Positions 12,980 to 27,960 of a stretch of 64,000 nt of DNA are shown here, in pieces. The DNA comes from Styela clava. Its lineage: Eukaryota. The stretch's first letter is position 1. Each line of letters starts with the position of its first letter. The stretch spans positions 9,920,001 to 9,984,000 of the forward strand of contig NC_135253.1 of the NCBI RefSeq assembly GCF_964204865.1, written 5' to 3'. The translations under genes and the position numbers were made by a program. The notes under the pieces are model-generated. The model worked only from the letters and a program-made list of their open reading frames with translations, ran no database searches and had not been told where the DNA came from.

Positions 12980-15900
12980 CTGTAAAAATAGAAATGGAAT
13001 CAGATTTAGACAAAAATTCCTATATTAGGTGAAAAGCCGATGGCGGACATTCGACACGCTTGGTCGCTGGGAAGTATCAAAATAGCATTAAGAAATACAA
13101 TTTTCTATTAATAAAAAATTTTCATGTAGACAAAATATATTTATTATAATTTTTCCGATGTAGCAACAATTAATGGAATTGATTTATCAGCAGTTTCAGA
13201 AATAAAAATCTGACTTGATTCAACTTCAGACGAAAAACACTGAAAATATATTATTTATTGCAAATTCACTACAGCTAACCCTTTCACTAAAATCAGAATT
13301 TAAAAATAGATATGATGCTATTGTGTTTCGACATAACTGGTTGGCTAATTTGATATATTTAGTTATGCCAAAGTTTTATTGTGATATTTTTATAACAATA
13401 TAATTTTATGACATGATATTGACAATATCAAAAATGAAGAAGAAAACACATGTGGCCTCAAATAATTCATGAGTGCGCCACTCTAATTTTATTTTGAAGG
13501 TTTTTATTATTTTGTTATTCTCTACTCAATTTTTGATCAATTTTATCCCAGTCGCTATCGCGGACTTGAGCCATTGTTTATAATCTTATACAGGAAATCG
13601 ATATGAAAAATCAATATCAAGAATTCTCAGGCAGATTACATGACGAAATAGCGCAATCCTGTCGCATAGAAGAGTCTGACCAAATAACGCAACTACTTTG
13701 AAGTGATAATTCCGACCTTCTTTGTCTTATTCATTATAATATTTTCGCTATTGATTAACTATATTATTACTATTATATTACTATGCAAATTTTTTTCCAA
13801 ATTTCATTGTGAATTCGAGTAATCTGTTTTACCTGTTTCATATACATAATAACGTCAATGCATAAATGTCAAATTTTACATACAAAGGAATTTTGGTTAT
13901 TAGAATGTTTATAAAAAGGCCAGCGTTAAAACAGAAATTCATTTAACAAATCTTTTTGTCCTAGTCCTACTGATATCACAATTATTACAATAAGTGTAAC
14001 CACGAAGACAAACAAGGTGGACTATAAAAAATCAAGGAGCAAATCATGCACAGTTGAGCATGTGTAATGTCATAAATTTGAATATGGGTGAATTTTTTTT
14101 GGAGCGTCGGATTGATATCGTTTTGGTTTATGAATAGGCTTGGGTGGCTGTATCCAGAAAATATCGAATCCATTGTTCACTATACAAATCCTTTGCTAAC
14201 ATTTTTAAGGTACATGCTCCAACTGCCCGCACTGAGAAATGTTAAACAAAAAAGACCTACCGCCTCCGCCTTCTTCAGTATCAGTATTTTCGTTTATGTT
14301 TTCTTTATACGTGTGTCGGATGGTGTTAATTGGTCTCGGCAATACCGTTGGTGACGGTGGTTTATGTACATCAGGTACGATGGTCTTTGGAACATCTTTA
14401 TTGCGTTTACCTGAAAATTAAATGAACACTGTAACAGGAAATCAACATTTCTCCAATTCCTAGTAATCTATGCTTTAACAGATTTTTTTTTATTTTTCAT
14501 TTTTTGGTTCGTTCAAAGCCACAGACAAGCAGCCACCAATAATAAAAATAAAATACTGCCAAAAGATCTTTTCGGTTCGGTATTGACAGTTAAACTGATT
14601 TAAATTTAAATTTGGTGTCACCCTGTAATTTAATTTTCTGCGAAGTTCTTCGATGAAGAAATATATGTCAATTCTAAAGATGACAATCGTTTCATTACCA
14701 AAAACGTTACTAAACCATCGTACCTAATTGTGATCATATATAGAAATCTTAAAAAAAAATTAAAATATGCAATTTTCTCTGCTCCAAAAATGTTTGGGTT
14801 AAAATTCATCATTATCACAGCAAACTCGTGCCTAAATTTATATATTTTCTGCGATATTTTTCAATTTACAAGAATTTAATTATATTTAATTTTGCTTACG
14901 CAATATCAGAATATTCAAATTGACATCCTTGGTCCCATGCTCATTAAAAAATTATCTCATAAAAAAATCACAGAAATTGGGAAATCTGGAATCAATGTAG
15001 ATTCTTAATGAATTATCGATTATAAGTATTTTTCTTACCATTTTCTTTGACTGTAATCATAAGACGCATGTTCTTCTCCGTGCATGCTCCTCCTTTCTCG
15101 TTTTTAATGCCAGAAACAGTCCCGTCAGAAGTCGCTGAAACAAAAAAGACAATGTTAAAATGTCTGTAAGAGTATACAGCACGAGTCAGAACAAACATCA
15201 ATGTATTAATACTCTTTGTAGGCCTACGTTCTCGACTTTCCTGTAATTATTATACAACAAGAGCGAAAGTTATTGTGAGCAATTGGAAACAATTTTCTTC
15301 TAAACTTTAAAAATTTAGTTAATGCGATTGGAGAAGATAAAGTGTGTGCTCTTTTCATTTAGGGGTTAGACAAAATGAGGCAAAATACTTCGCTGCAAAA
15401 ATTATGTGGAATCGTAATGTACATAAGCAGAATATGATATTCCCCACGTAACATAATTGCTAAAACGTTTTATAATAATATTAGTGGTATTTTAACGCAA
15501 TAAATTACCATAGCTCGTAATGGTAATATGATGCTACACATAACATGATGATTACTGACGGCGATCTTTATAAACTTGAACTGAACATGAAAAACTTCAA
15601 CTGGAAAATTATATTTCGCGGTTGAACGAACATTTTTATTACAATCGTCATTTTTTTGAAAGACAGCAGAGAAAAATGAGACTCAAAACAATTTCTTTTT
15701 TGGCTTTGTTCATTTCTAGATCCTATTACCAAATTTATCAAATTCCAAAAATCAAGTGTGACTGATTTTATGCTTGAATAACTACAGTTTCATTTATTAT
15801 CAATTTTAATCGCCACCTAAGATATGAATTTGTATATTTAGTGGAAGACATTTTGGGCGTTCAAAATCAAAATGGTGTACTGCACAGTCGGCCAGCCTAT

Positions 15901-18900
15901 GTGGTTAAAACTTGACGCGCCAAATACCATTGTCAATTCTCAATACAACGGCTGATGATAATAGACGGGAGAGGCAGTTTATCAGGTTTGATATTACCCA
16001 GACATTTGATATTATAAGGCTCCTCTTATCTTGAAAATTGACAGTGGAGAATGGTAAACAAATTTTGAGATTTAAACAAAAGAAAACAGACGATACAATC
16101 TAAGTTTCCAAGAAATTTATGTTTCCCATTTTTCAAATTTTTTATGATTTTATTATAAAAATTGGAAATAACGACGACATAAAATAATGTGTATGCACGT
16201 CAAAAAATTCCTAAATTCAAATATCTTTGTAGTACAAATTGACGCTTCGAATTTCGTGGTCAATCCTTTACAAAAATTAATCCATCATTCAATTATCGCA
16301 TTTTCCAAAACAAACGAATAATTTCGGTTTGGAATAGTCATTCTACGTAATGTAACAGAACAGGCATGTTTTAATTTATCAATACCGACGCGGGACATTG
16401 ACAAAATTATTTACTTAATGCCAAGACGCTTGTATTTTCATGCTGAGGCTAAAAGTACATAGCTTAATTAAACTTTAATAAGACCTTTATCGAGTGGTTC
16501 GTCTAATAGAAATACCTAGACCGAAGCGTTCAGTCCACAAACAGTAATTTTCAAATTTAAATATACGCTTTGCAGCTTTTTCGTGCGTCACGACACATAG
16601 TTGAAGATGTTTGGTTGTATCAATACAGGATTAAGTCAAATCCTACTATTTTCGAATGTCAAGTCTCAGACATTGAACTTGAAGGCTGAATTTTAAATAA
16701 TGTTGCAATTTGCATATTCTGTGAACATGCTTACCGTTTCATATTGCACAAGTGTTAATCACTCTGAACAAATCTAAAGCTGCAAACATCATATCCATAT
16801 TTTTGAATAGTTAATAGACAACTAAAACATGGAATGGCCAGAATGCACCAATAAATTCATTGGGCAAAAAAAAAGCACTAAAACCGGCCAAAAACGTTTC
16901 CTGATAATACTGCGTAACAGCAGAAATGCTATGGGCCAAAAGATTTAAGCTAATTCAATAATTTTATATCCTGTGTGATCGTAAATTAGTGAAGTAGTAT
17001 TAGTATACCAAATTAAAAATAGTATACAATAGTTAGTATTTTAACGGTTCATTCATTTGTCTTCTTTTATTTAGATATAAAAATGGAAACGCTTGTATTA
17101 CGGATTGAACGTGACGATGCCAACTGTTGTGAAATGATTACCATTTCTGATTGGTTGATAATAACACAGCAGAATTAACCGATATATATAATAATGTCAT
17201 TGATCTCTTTAAAACAGAATGATCGGATTTTCGCTACATATGAACCGTGCAAAAATGCACCTGCACTCAGTGTATTCCGCCGTTGTTAACCTAACATTAA
17301 GTCGGATTTTCGGCGAAGTTTTAATTACACAACAGATAATCAAATGGTACGTGCGCTCATCCTCGTACACAACATAAAAAAGCGCTACGGCATGTTGATG
17401 GACGGGATAAGGATTCAGCATTCCCGACAAAAATAAGCATTTCGGAAACCTTATTTATTAGATTACTGCGAAATCGAGATTATAAAAGGCACATTTTTAA
17501 ATAGTTTTGGGTTCAACAGTCAATCGCCAACCTTAGTTAAAAATTCTAGTGACAAATATTACAAGTTCGTGCATCAATTTTTAATTTTCAATGATAGTAA
17601 TTTGAAAATGGTTGATCAGAATGAGTTAATCAGAATGATTCAATATTAAACGAACCTTCACATCAAAGTAAAAGGCGAACCGATGACAGAATTCTAGCAA
17701 GAAAAATGCGTAGATTAAAATCGAGTTTTTTTTTATCTTCGAAAATTTTTATGGGGTCTTAATTTATCAGAAGCTCCGTGCAAAATTTACACCAGTTTCT
17801 TAAATAGTTTTGTTCTTCTTTTTCGTTCAAAGCACCTTTAATCTAATTTTGCCTGCAAGATGGGTCAAAATCTCAATAGCGTATATAATGAGGCCTTTTT
17901 AATTTAATTTTTAGTGCTTTTGGCGATGATGATTATTAATCCTGTAAAGGTTAGTGGATTGTGGTATTATGCCATGGACAAAAAACACCTGTTACCTTAA
18001 ACCAAAGCTTTGCCATTATTCCCATTGAAGTCAACAATATTGCTGATGAGAAAAGTGCAAATTAAAATCAAAACCCTTGTAATTCAAGATAATATCATCC
18101 TGGGCCTACAACATCATGAAAACATAGGTTTTCAGAACCGCAGACAAAACAATTATCAGAATTGTATGATGAGAGTATAGATTTCGATGTAAATTTTTAA
18201 TAGTGTATGCATATATGTATATATTATCGGCGGATTTTACCGTATATACACCAATGTATACACGCACCATATGTGCAAATCTACCGCCAGCTTGTTTTGG
18301 ATGAGTGCGTGTATCGCCTTAACATTTTTCAGAAAAAATCGCAGGTGGCCGTTTTCTTAATTACAAAAAGTGCAAGGACTTGTTTGTTTTGGCCAAACAA
18401 CGACAAAACCCAGGAAACAAAGAAATTGCTATTTAAATGAGAAAACGAAAATGGCCATAGATAAATTTCACCAAATCCATAATCAAAGCCATATTTGAAT
18501 CATACATGATGATTGACGAATGGATTATCCCAATTGACAGCTAAAGAGGTTCGATCCGACCCAACTCATAGTGTTTATAACAGACTCGTAATGACCGCGG
18601 GGATTATCTCCATACCGTTTATTGTTTTTTGAACTTAGTCATTACTTTATATCAACTCATGACGGCAATGACACATGGGATTGTGAGATAAATTATAAAT
18701 ATTTTAATTCCAAATTTAACCACATTTGAACGAAAATCATCAAAGGACTTTCGAATGTCGATGACATAGACAGGTACTGTACTCCGAAAAACAATGAACT
18801 TTACGAAAAACATTCTAGAAATATTAGTGATGCAGTGTAGTTTTGAAATCTTTCAAGTTTTACAACAAGGAAATATGCATTTTCAAATACATTTGATTCC

Positions 18901-21900
18901 GGCTCATTTGTGAATGTGGCAACAAATAAGGGTGGTAGAAAATTTTTGGTCAATCTTAAACTAAATATGAATAACCTTTATTTTATCCACGTCCTACAAT
19001 TAATTTTTAAGAATGAGACTACTTGATTATTGGAATTGAACTAATTATATGAATGGTACATATATTTACATAGTGAAATACATATCACACTATTTTTCCA
19101 TTTTATAAGATAAATAACACTACAGATTGGGTTAAATCGAGTCTGACAGGCAAGGATGATAAGGTGCAGTAGTACGGATTAGTAAATTGAGTTTCTTTCA
19201 ACAATAATACCGTCATATGTCAGGCTTATCCGTCCTTGCTAAACCTTACTAAGGCTTCCGGATAGTTTCCCACAACTACGGAAGATGGTAACATGTCAAA
19301 CGTTTGATGTGAAAACATTGAGCCCAGGACCCGTAGTCCTTCAGAAGTACCCGGCGGTATCGCCCAGGGCGACATATATATAACTTATAACATAACGATT
19401 AATATTCTGCTTTAGTGTCAGTGCATACAAAATGCGGTTTAAAATAGGATTAATGGACTTGCGCATCCGCCGCAATGTATTATCAATCGGTTGTTTGTAT
19501 ATTTTCGTCAATATTTTTCGTCAATTTATGCTAACTGACATCTTCGAAGCGACGAAGCGAGGCCTTTATCTCGTGCAAACAAACAAAAGGCGTTGAGTGA
19601 TTGTAATTTGCGGTAATGTACCTTTCGTCTTGTCTTTGCTTAAAAATTCTGGTCCATTACGGTTCAAATGTCATCCAGGCTAAGTGGTATTTAAGAGAGT
19701 CCATAAAAACATTCAAACTCAATTTATATAATGTTGAAATCGACAATATGCATTAACACTTCATTTCGATTAGAAACGTTCTCGTTAATTTTGTTTGACT
19801 GACAGTTTGGCAATCTTGAACTTTACTTTTCAGCCACGGTTGTTACCGCTTTCAAAGTAGAATACGCAAGAGAATGAACCTAAGCTGGTCCAAGGTCATG
19901 TTTCACGCGAACCAGAAAAAATGTCGAGAAATCCCATCCGGCAACGACCATAAAAACTGTCATCACATTTAAAGATGTCATGCCGTCCGAAATATCTAAA
20001 ATTTTCTATTTAGATAGAAACGAAGCGAAATGTAGTTTGCATAATGGGTTAGTATTAACATATCATTTGTATACGATGACAATTTTATACGGTATTTCGA
20101 ATCATTGCTTTTCAATCATGTGAAATTTGTTAACCACTTGCCAGATGCACAGTTGAGAGTAGTTCCGTCACACACTAAGGCTATTTTTTATTTAGTGTAT
20201 AGAAGACGCTTTACCTAATGGTATTAGAGTAATTTTTTTTTATTTGTCATATCGACAGTTGAAGTCAGAAACAAGAATGTTCCTTATCCACTAATTTCAA
20301 AATTTTTAAAATAAAACTTTTTTATATAACTCAAGATTCAATTTTTGTTAAATCCGGATTAAATGAATGTTTCTATTGACACCAACGATCGCGTTTAACA
20401 GATTGGTATGTTGTTTGATTACAGTTTAATTATCACAATTGGACGTTATTCGCCATGAAATGCGTTCATTTTATTTACCGAGAACGAACATAACTGCCAA
20501 TTGTAAATGTAAGATAACCTAAGGCGTTACACAAATTCATTGCAAATGTTAACATATAATTATCCAAATGTTTGTGCGTTCTTAATATCACATCGAACAC
20601 GACACGTTCATAACATTGGACGTGACTAAGAACAAATCAGACGGTTAGTCATCTGAAAAATTAACCAAAAATGGACTGTTTTAATTAAAATTAAAAATTG
20701 AAAAAAGCGCTCTGATTAGGTTTCGTTAGGATGATCTCAGACGAAATTCGATATAAAACCTGTTAGCTTAGAAACGCGAGATTTTGATTCGATTTTACTA
20801 AAATGATTCGTGAATCTTGATGTTCCAAATTCAAGTTAGGAACACCCCTAATCCAATACTCTAAATTTTTTATAAGATAACCCTGCCAAAAGGGTTACGG
20901 CAATCAATTCATGGCTCGGTTCAGGTACAATTAGACTAATACCATTCGTGTAGTGTGTCTTGAAATCTAGAAAATTTCGGTATGTCTGAAATTTTCAGAC
21001 TTTGGAGTTATATTTCGTTTACATATATGACTGTTTTATATAAAAACAATAATTAAAGAATATAGACTGCCTTTAGGCTCCAATCAATTTTCACAGCGCC
21101 GGGACACCATCATACATTTTCAAACATTGGATATGTGAACCAAAAACAATAGTGTATTTCTTTTAAACTGCAACAAAGACATTTTTGATTTGGTCTCAGT
21201 ATGTTCGGAAAAAGATTCGCGCTCACCTAAGCATGAAGCGATTAGGTATGCGTTCGTCTTTGTCTGAAATTGAAGTAAGCACAGGTTTCAGGCCTAATGC
21301 GCCATACTTTCTTGCCAGTCGCGATGGTAATGGCCTGAAGACGTTCAAATATCGATTCACACGCATTTTGCCGCTAAGCTCACAACGAGGTACTTCAACA
21401 TCGATATTCGGAATTCATAAATATGAAATAAACGCACAAAGTATTGACTTTATGGACAATTCTTTCTTTCGAGTATCTACTATAACAGCTTGAAAAGCGG
21501 TAAGATACTGTTAACCGTGTGAGTAAGAACACTTAGCTTTAACGAATTGGTTGCGTTAAATAAACAACCTGGCGCGGGCGTCGATTTTTCAAGCCTAAAG
21601 TTGTTTTAGTCTGATTCTATCGGGGTGTAATCATCCCTTTTCAGACGAGTTTTCAACGGGTAACCTAACCCCGTGCATTTGTGAGTTTTGCTTCGCTGAT
21701 TTTCCGAGCATCTACCCCCTGTTTAAATTGTTTACCTGACAACACGATACACCCATGGGCGGTATTTAGTATGGATTTCACCCCGTTATCGCCTATGGAC
21801 CAATTATGGTGGAACAAAAGTTGGTTTCAGAGCCATCAACGCTAGCTGAAGGAGTTCTTGAACCATGGTGATTTTTTGTGGTTTAGCACGAAATTTAATG

Positions 21901-24900
21901 AAGCAGTCTATTTTAGAACCCACACAAGCCTTGCTTTCATCCTAAATATTTCTGGCAAATTGAACGAGCCAAGAATAATTGAAAAATATGCTGACAGAAT
22001 GAATTTGAGAAATCCTAGACATTTCTTCCTATTTATTAACGAAATTAAAACGTTGTTTCATTTTGGGAAATAAGTAAAAGCTATACTCAGACGTTAAAAG
22101 CAATCAACAGCTTAGAATTCAAACGTTTTCCAGTCGAAGATTAAGTTACGGTTGGAGGGTATTTCAAATTCCAAATTTAATTTTATTGAACAATAAAGCA
22201 TCAATCAAGTCAAAAAAACTAACGACACGTAATTGCAATCATTTCTAAGGATATACAAGTTGAACCGCCTGCGACAACCCTTGAATAGGAAAACGAAATT
22301 TCATTTTGAATTATAGGAGGGAGAATACATAGAGAGAAATTAGTGACTTCGCCGAACAATTCGAAGCGAGTCAAGCGACCCCCAAAATTAAATCTTATCT
22401 GGTATATATAATACAGCGGGCGACATTTTGAGTGAATGAAATTCAACGACTCTTTCTACCGAAATCAGAGCGAGAACCGTCAGGCCATCTATGTCAAATA
22501 CACAAGAAGTGTTCCAAACGCATAATTTTTGACAAATAATCACTTTCAACGTGGCATTCGGTTCTGCATCAGCAATAACTTCCTTCCTGTACGTAAGTAT
22601 CATTTACTGAAGTTATATTTCGTCCACACATAATTTATTCTGTATTTCGGGGTTGTAAATATTCATGAAATAGTTCTTTGTTTGTTCAAAAACAGTGGGG
22701 AGTCATAACTGATCCGGAACTTTCGTATTCATAGATATTTAAATCAGAAATATTACATTGCCAGATTGCCACACACGCTGAGTTTCGCGCAAATCTATTA
22801 CAAATCTACTAGAGAATTTTAATTTATTTGCTAATGATGACAAAACTTTCTGAGAATCTGCATAATCGTTTCAATAATCTTTTCCTAATTGGTCATTAGA
22901 GTTAACGCCCAATTTTATGCTACTAATTGCGTAGATTCGAAATGTCGATCGAATAAACATATATTGAAATATGAACTTCGTATCACGCTTGAAATAAGTT
23001 AAAATACGGTTTTCCGTACGCCGTGCGTGGTACAATTCAGATTTATACATACGAAATCCCCTATTGTGTCGTTATGTTATTATTTACACGACCTAATTAT
23101 GGGAGCGACGTTTTTATCTTTTTAAATCCGTAAAACAAACTAGGGTGCAAACTGCGTTTCCTAAATCGCAAATAAACAACGAACGAGTTTTCCGGCTACT
23201 TGGATTAAATATTTTGTGTAATTAAGTACGCATTAAAATAAACTTAATCGTAATACCAGGAATGTGATTTCCAGCTGTGTAATACGAATCAGGTGACCAA
23301 TTCAAAATGTGGATATTCGATAAGATTGTCACTAACTATTATTACACGAGCTAATATGAGCTGCTAAAGATTTAGGTTTTGTACACTTGAAAGTGCCTCT
23401 GCTATCTGTGGTTAGCTAATTTTTGCTAAAAAAAAACTTAAGAGTGGTATATCCAGGTCACATGAAATAAATATACATAAACATTGATATTTTCTTCGCA
23501 TAAAACAACAATAAACAGGGATTTAATTGCGATTTTTGATTTATATGAGTCAAAGCATCATAGCGCGATTCATCGAGTATGGCCAGGCGATCAATTATAA
23601 ATTTTTTGATTAGTACATCTGATAACAATTAGATAAGCTGTGTCTCACATTTTGAGCATCTGGTTGGAAAACCACACCCAATTTACTGTCTAAGAATCGT
23701 GTACCTGATTTTTATCGCATGTGTAAATCTAAGTCTTAAAATATGGTCGCTTTGAAGCAGTTCAATGCTGGGAACTCTAATGCTTTTCTGTTGAATATAT
23801 TAAAATTTCATCTCATGAAATTATAGGTTTTACTCAGACAGTCAATATAATATGTAAGATAAGGGAAGGTCAATATTGGGTCTCTAGGTGATGTGCATTC
23901 AATGTCATCAACGATATCTAGAAATTAGCGGATGCGAAACTTGGAAAGACTGTTATTTGTAGAAGTGCACTGAAATTATAGTCCTATGTTTGAAATATTA
24001 CAAAAATTTATTAGTATTATTCGTATGATTGAAATATTGTTTGGTAATGAATTTAAATCTACCCTATATATATATATCTAAATCCGATTTCACCAATGTG
24101 ATACCATAAAAGTGGTGCAAAAGGCGAATGTTTCGGCCCTCACTAAAGATGCGTCTTCTATATTATGATTCAATCGTCGCACAAAATTAAAATACAGATT
24201 CAATACTTACATATGAAATAATATGTTTCATCGGCATGAAAAGTTAGTCCCCAAGGTGAAGGAGATATATCGTTGAAAAGAAATGTATATTTCTTTTCCT
24301 CGTCAGGATCGTCACACGTTAACAACTTTTTTTGACCTTTTGTGTTGCAACTCAAATAATTTTCCCTTGTAACTTGATATAAGATAAAATAATATAATCC
24401 GTTTGGTTGCTTGGGCTGACGTAATGGACATATGATGTCCATTTTCTGCTCAAGTTCCACATATTGAACGTAGTTCGATCCTGCCTTGAATCTGGGATAA
24501 TTGAAAATATAAAATGATTAAAAATAAATATAATAATGCTTTCGGATTTACATTGCATGAGTATTTTTCCAATACACCATTTCATGATACAGGTAACGTA
24601 AAAAGTTCTCGAATCGAACAATATTTCTACACTTTGGGAATAAATTTCTGAAATAGTCACGTTGCCGTTGATATGAGGTATTCGCATTGGTTCTAGAAAG
24701 GCTAACGCTTGAGGGTAGTCTATAGTCTCAGTCGACATACGTTGGTTGGTATTACTTAATTGAGGAATACAATAAAATACGCTTTCACTGTCCAATACCT
24801 AATATGATTTGGCAATTAATAGTACTCACTGAACGTGAACGGGCATTGTTAAAAATAATTAGGCCCGCCTTCGTGCTACTTCAAGTATCAAGTACCCTTT

Positions 24901-27900
24901 CGGGTAATGTACTTATATTAACGTAATAGGACTTGAACTATTGTTACTTTATCAATGAAAGTGACTCAGTGGAATTTTCTGCAATTAATTAGGATTTCAA
25001 GCAACCATATTCTATGCATATAGGAATGGACGTCATTGCCGGATGGTATTTAGTTTCTTCATAATTCTTATAGTGCATTCTTAATTTTGCTACGACTATT
25101 ACAAAAATGCTACTTTCGGACGTAATTTATTTCAAAATTTTGAACAATGAAAGAATAAAAATATCTTTCACTAACTTGAAAATTTAAATAAATTGGGTTG
25201 GGGTTTCTGTTGTGAAACATCGGAAAGACAACTTTGAGACGCGATTTATCTATGGCTGTGGTCGATAAAGATATATCCAACCCGGCAGACAAACAGTAAT
25301 TGTTATTTGACTACCCGATCAAATTGTATTCAGACCGTGAAAATCGGGTCTCTCCGCCATTATCATTTTGCTTTGTTTTTATCGGTGGCTTTCTGCGCAA
25401 TTAATGATCGTATAAATTTTATTAGGCATTTCCTTGAATCACTAATCCGCAAAGTAGACCATTTCGTCTGTCGTGCCATCAGGTGCAGTGGGCGGTATTA
25501 ATATTCAAAATGATAATGAAAAGTTTCTCAAGTACTTCGTATTGTTTTAATTAATATTAAGGAGTGGAAAAACAAACAGTAGTAAAGTAGCTCAATCAAT
25601 ATTTATTAAAAATGTTCTAATATTTCCGGATGTACGTATCATATTTCGAATTTTTTGAACGTCGCTTAAATTAAAAAGATAATATCCGTCTATTTCGATA
25701 TTGGATATCGGTTTCTACTGTCATATATGTGTGCACCTGTCGTAAACAATAATATTGTCCGCCAATCTTTTCCCCACAAATCCCTTTATTTTGACGTAAT
25801 GAAGGAATGAAGTTTACGTTTATTTTAAACACAATACATGTTTGCCGAGCAGTAAATATTTTTAGATAAGGTAAAATATTACCCCTTAGTTCACAATGAT
25901 CTTCGAGATAGAAGACCGAAAACAGTTTTGAGACGTTTTTTGACGTAGCACAAAATTGCTACATCTCTTTGTGGTTACAAACAAATCACGAATGGGACTC
26001 TTCGCCAGATTTGCCAATTATGCGGACATGCTATATTCCACTAGGCTGCTGAATAATTTACGACATAAAACGAAGCAAGTACAAAATAGAATTCGATAAA
26101 TAGGTGGAGCCACAAGTACAATGTGCTACAACATTGCGACGTTCCCGCGATAACATATGTAACCTTATACTCGAACGTCAATAAAACATCAATACTAGAT
26201 TATGTTTCAGGTTTACCTGTGAACTTAACGCATAAAATCAATGCTTATTGAAATAATTCTCAGATATGAAAGTTCACCCAGTGTCGAATATAGATTTCAA
26301 TTTGGTGAAACCTCTAACTTCGGTTTAGAGCTTCATTTCAGGTTTTTCACATTCGTGCCGTCTTGTGGGATACTGTTCATTAATTATATATTCAAATAAA
26401 AACTGTGGGACAACACAACGCTTCTGAATGTGTTCAGGGCTGCGGATTATTTACTGAGATACACGTAACACCGATACGGAATAAGATGTTTCCGGAAGGT
26501 TTATAGGAGCCACGTTAGGTGTTAAGTGACGACGATAAGCCTGTAAACTGGGTAATGGACCCGAATTCCACTTAAACCGGTGTTTGCAGAAATTGGAAAG
26601 GGCACTGTATTCTAGTTCAGGACAAATGCCACTCAGGAATCTTATTTTATCTATTACAATGAAATGAAAAGTTTCGGAACGTACATGGTTTGATATCTCG
26701 AATTCTTGACAACTCTAATGATAGTTTTAATATACATTATGAATACATTCTGTTTACTTTGTGTTCCAATAAAAATTCGCATTCGATTCGCATGACGATC
26801 CCACCCACTAATTTTAATCGGATTTATACAATGACGTATCCACGTTAAAGTCTTTTCGTCGCATGACTGGTTTCCTTTTAATGAGCTAACAATTTTATTG
26901 CACTCGGTCGTAAACGACGAAAAATGGTACCAAGTCTCCAGATAACAGACATGACAAACAGTGTTCATCGAAAAAATGTGTACCTAACGTAGTGAATAAA
27001 TTAACGATGTTTACGCTGTGTCTTTTGTCTTCAACAATTTTTGACATATACGGACATCGTTTGATAGAGACAACGTTACTCATTAGCCAACGAAACAAAT
27101 AATAATCTTGTGATATGACTCGAAAGTTATTCAGTAAAATTATGCGACATAGTGGCTTTATAAAGCATATTTATATAGATAATATTACGGAAATACAAGC
27201 GGGACACAAAATCCTTAGATTTCAACGACTAGTTATAGTTAGCGGCTCGTCACATCGTGCGCTTTGACAAAAGAATCGAGCGGGTCATGAAACCAAATAC
27301 ACCATCCAGTAAGTGGGAATCATTTTCTGGTTTGGACGTTGATTCAATTTTGTTATTATAGTATTCTGTTTGTTGTTTCCAAAACTGTTACATTACACCG
27401 CCGAATGACATCGCTAAAACAAAAGCCTTTGACACAAAAGAAACTCGCTAAAACTCAAATCAAACATCCCTTGTAACAGGCGATTTCGTGTTAACGACTT
27501 GTAAAACGTGGATTACAACAAATAGAGGGTTGTAATCTACAAAAGTTACTATATTTTCTACAGATGACTTGGAATGATGTATTCACTGATTTGTTACATA
27601 TTCACGACTTCTAATAACGATAACGAGCACCCTATTTTGGAACATTTTAATTTCAGGTTTTGGAACATTTTAGGCTTCTAAAAAGTAGGATAAACCATTT
27701 TTTATGTTCTGTATTATATTTTTATATTTCTGAATTTCTTTGACACTAATAATATGATAATGTAAAAATACTTACATAGGGTCAGATATATTCCAATAAA
27801 TTGCTGGTATGGATTTCACGTCAGATGCGGCGTCTACTGTAGCGAATTCCACGCCACAGGCCAAGAGCACGAACGACGTAGCGACCACCAATACTTCCAA

Positions 27901-27960
27901 CATTTTTGACCTAGTTGGTCGCATAATCAAAATATGCATAATATTCCTATTTCCTTGCAT
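12612..27960 (-). CDS. EFNB: Ephrin-B-type transmembrane Eph ligand, 359 aa; join(complement 27776..27960, 24211..24491, 15039..15134, 14261..14410, 12612..12979)
   Basis: Exons sum to 1080 nt with matching phases and GT-AG ends. Signal peptide, ephrin domain (IYWNISDPIF..KMDIICP..C..C..KYTFLFNDISPSPWGLTF..YYFISTSDG..GGAC..NMRL), Pro-rich stalk, TM helix and cytoplasmic tail ending in a Val. Start codon could be a downstream Met. Confidence 0.9.
14261..14410 (-). CDS. EFNB: Ephrin exon 4 (Pro-rich stalk)
   Basis: 150-nt phase 1-1 exon, open (GKRNKDVPKTIVPDVHKPPSPTVLPRP..EEGGG), TTTTCAG| and G|GTAGGT. Confidence 0.75.
15039..15134 (-). CDS. EFNB: Ephrin exon 3 (STSDGTVSGIKNEKGGACTEKNMRLMITV)
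   Basis: Resembles ephrin-B ISTSNG..GGVC..MK. Acceptor TTTCAG|, donor G|GTAAG. Confidence 0.9.
24211..24491 (-). CDS. EFNB: Ephrin exon 2 (receptor-binding domain core)
   Basis: Acceptor TTATCCCAG|, DIICP, G-H loop SPSPWGLTF, donor T|GTAAGT. Confidence 0.93.
27776..27960 (-). CDS. EFNB: Ephrin exon 1 (signal peptide to IYWNISDP)
   Basis: Hydrophobic signal LEVLVVATSFVLLACG, ephrin YWN motif, donor AT|GTAAGT (phase 2). Confidence 0.85.

Noticed and set aside
18545-18560. GGTTCGATCC B-box (tRNA?)
   Set aside because: No cloverleaf or convincing A-box upstream.
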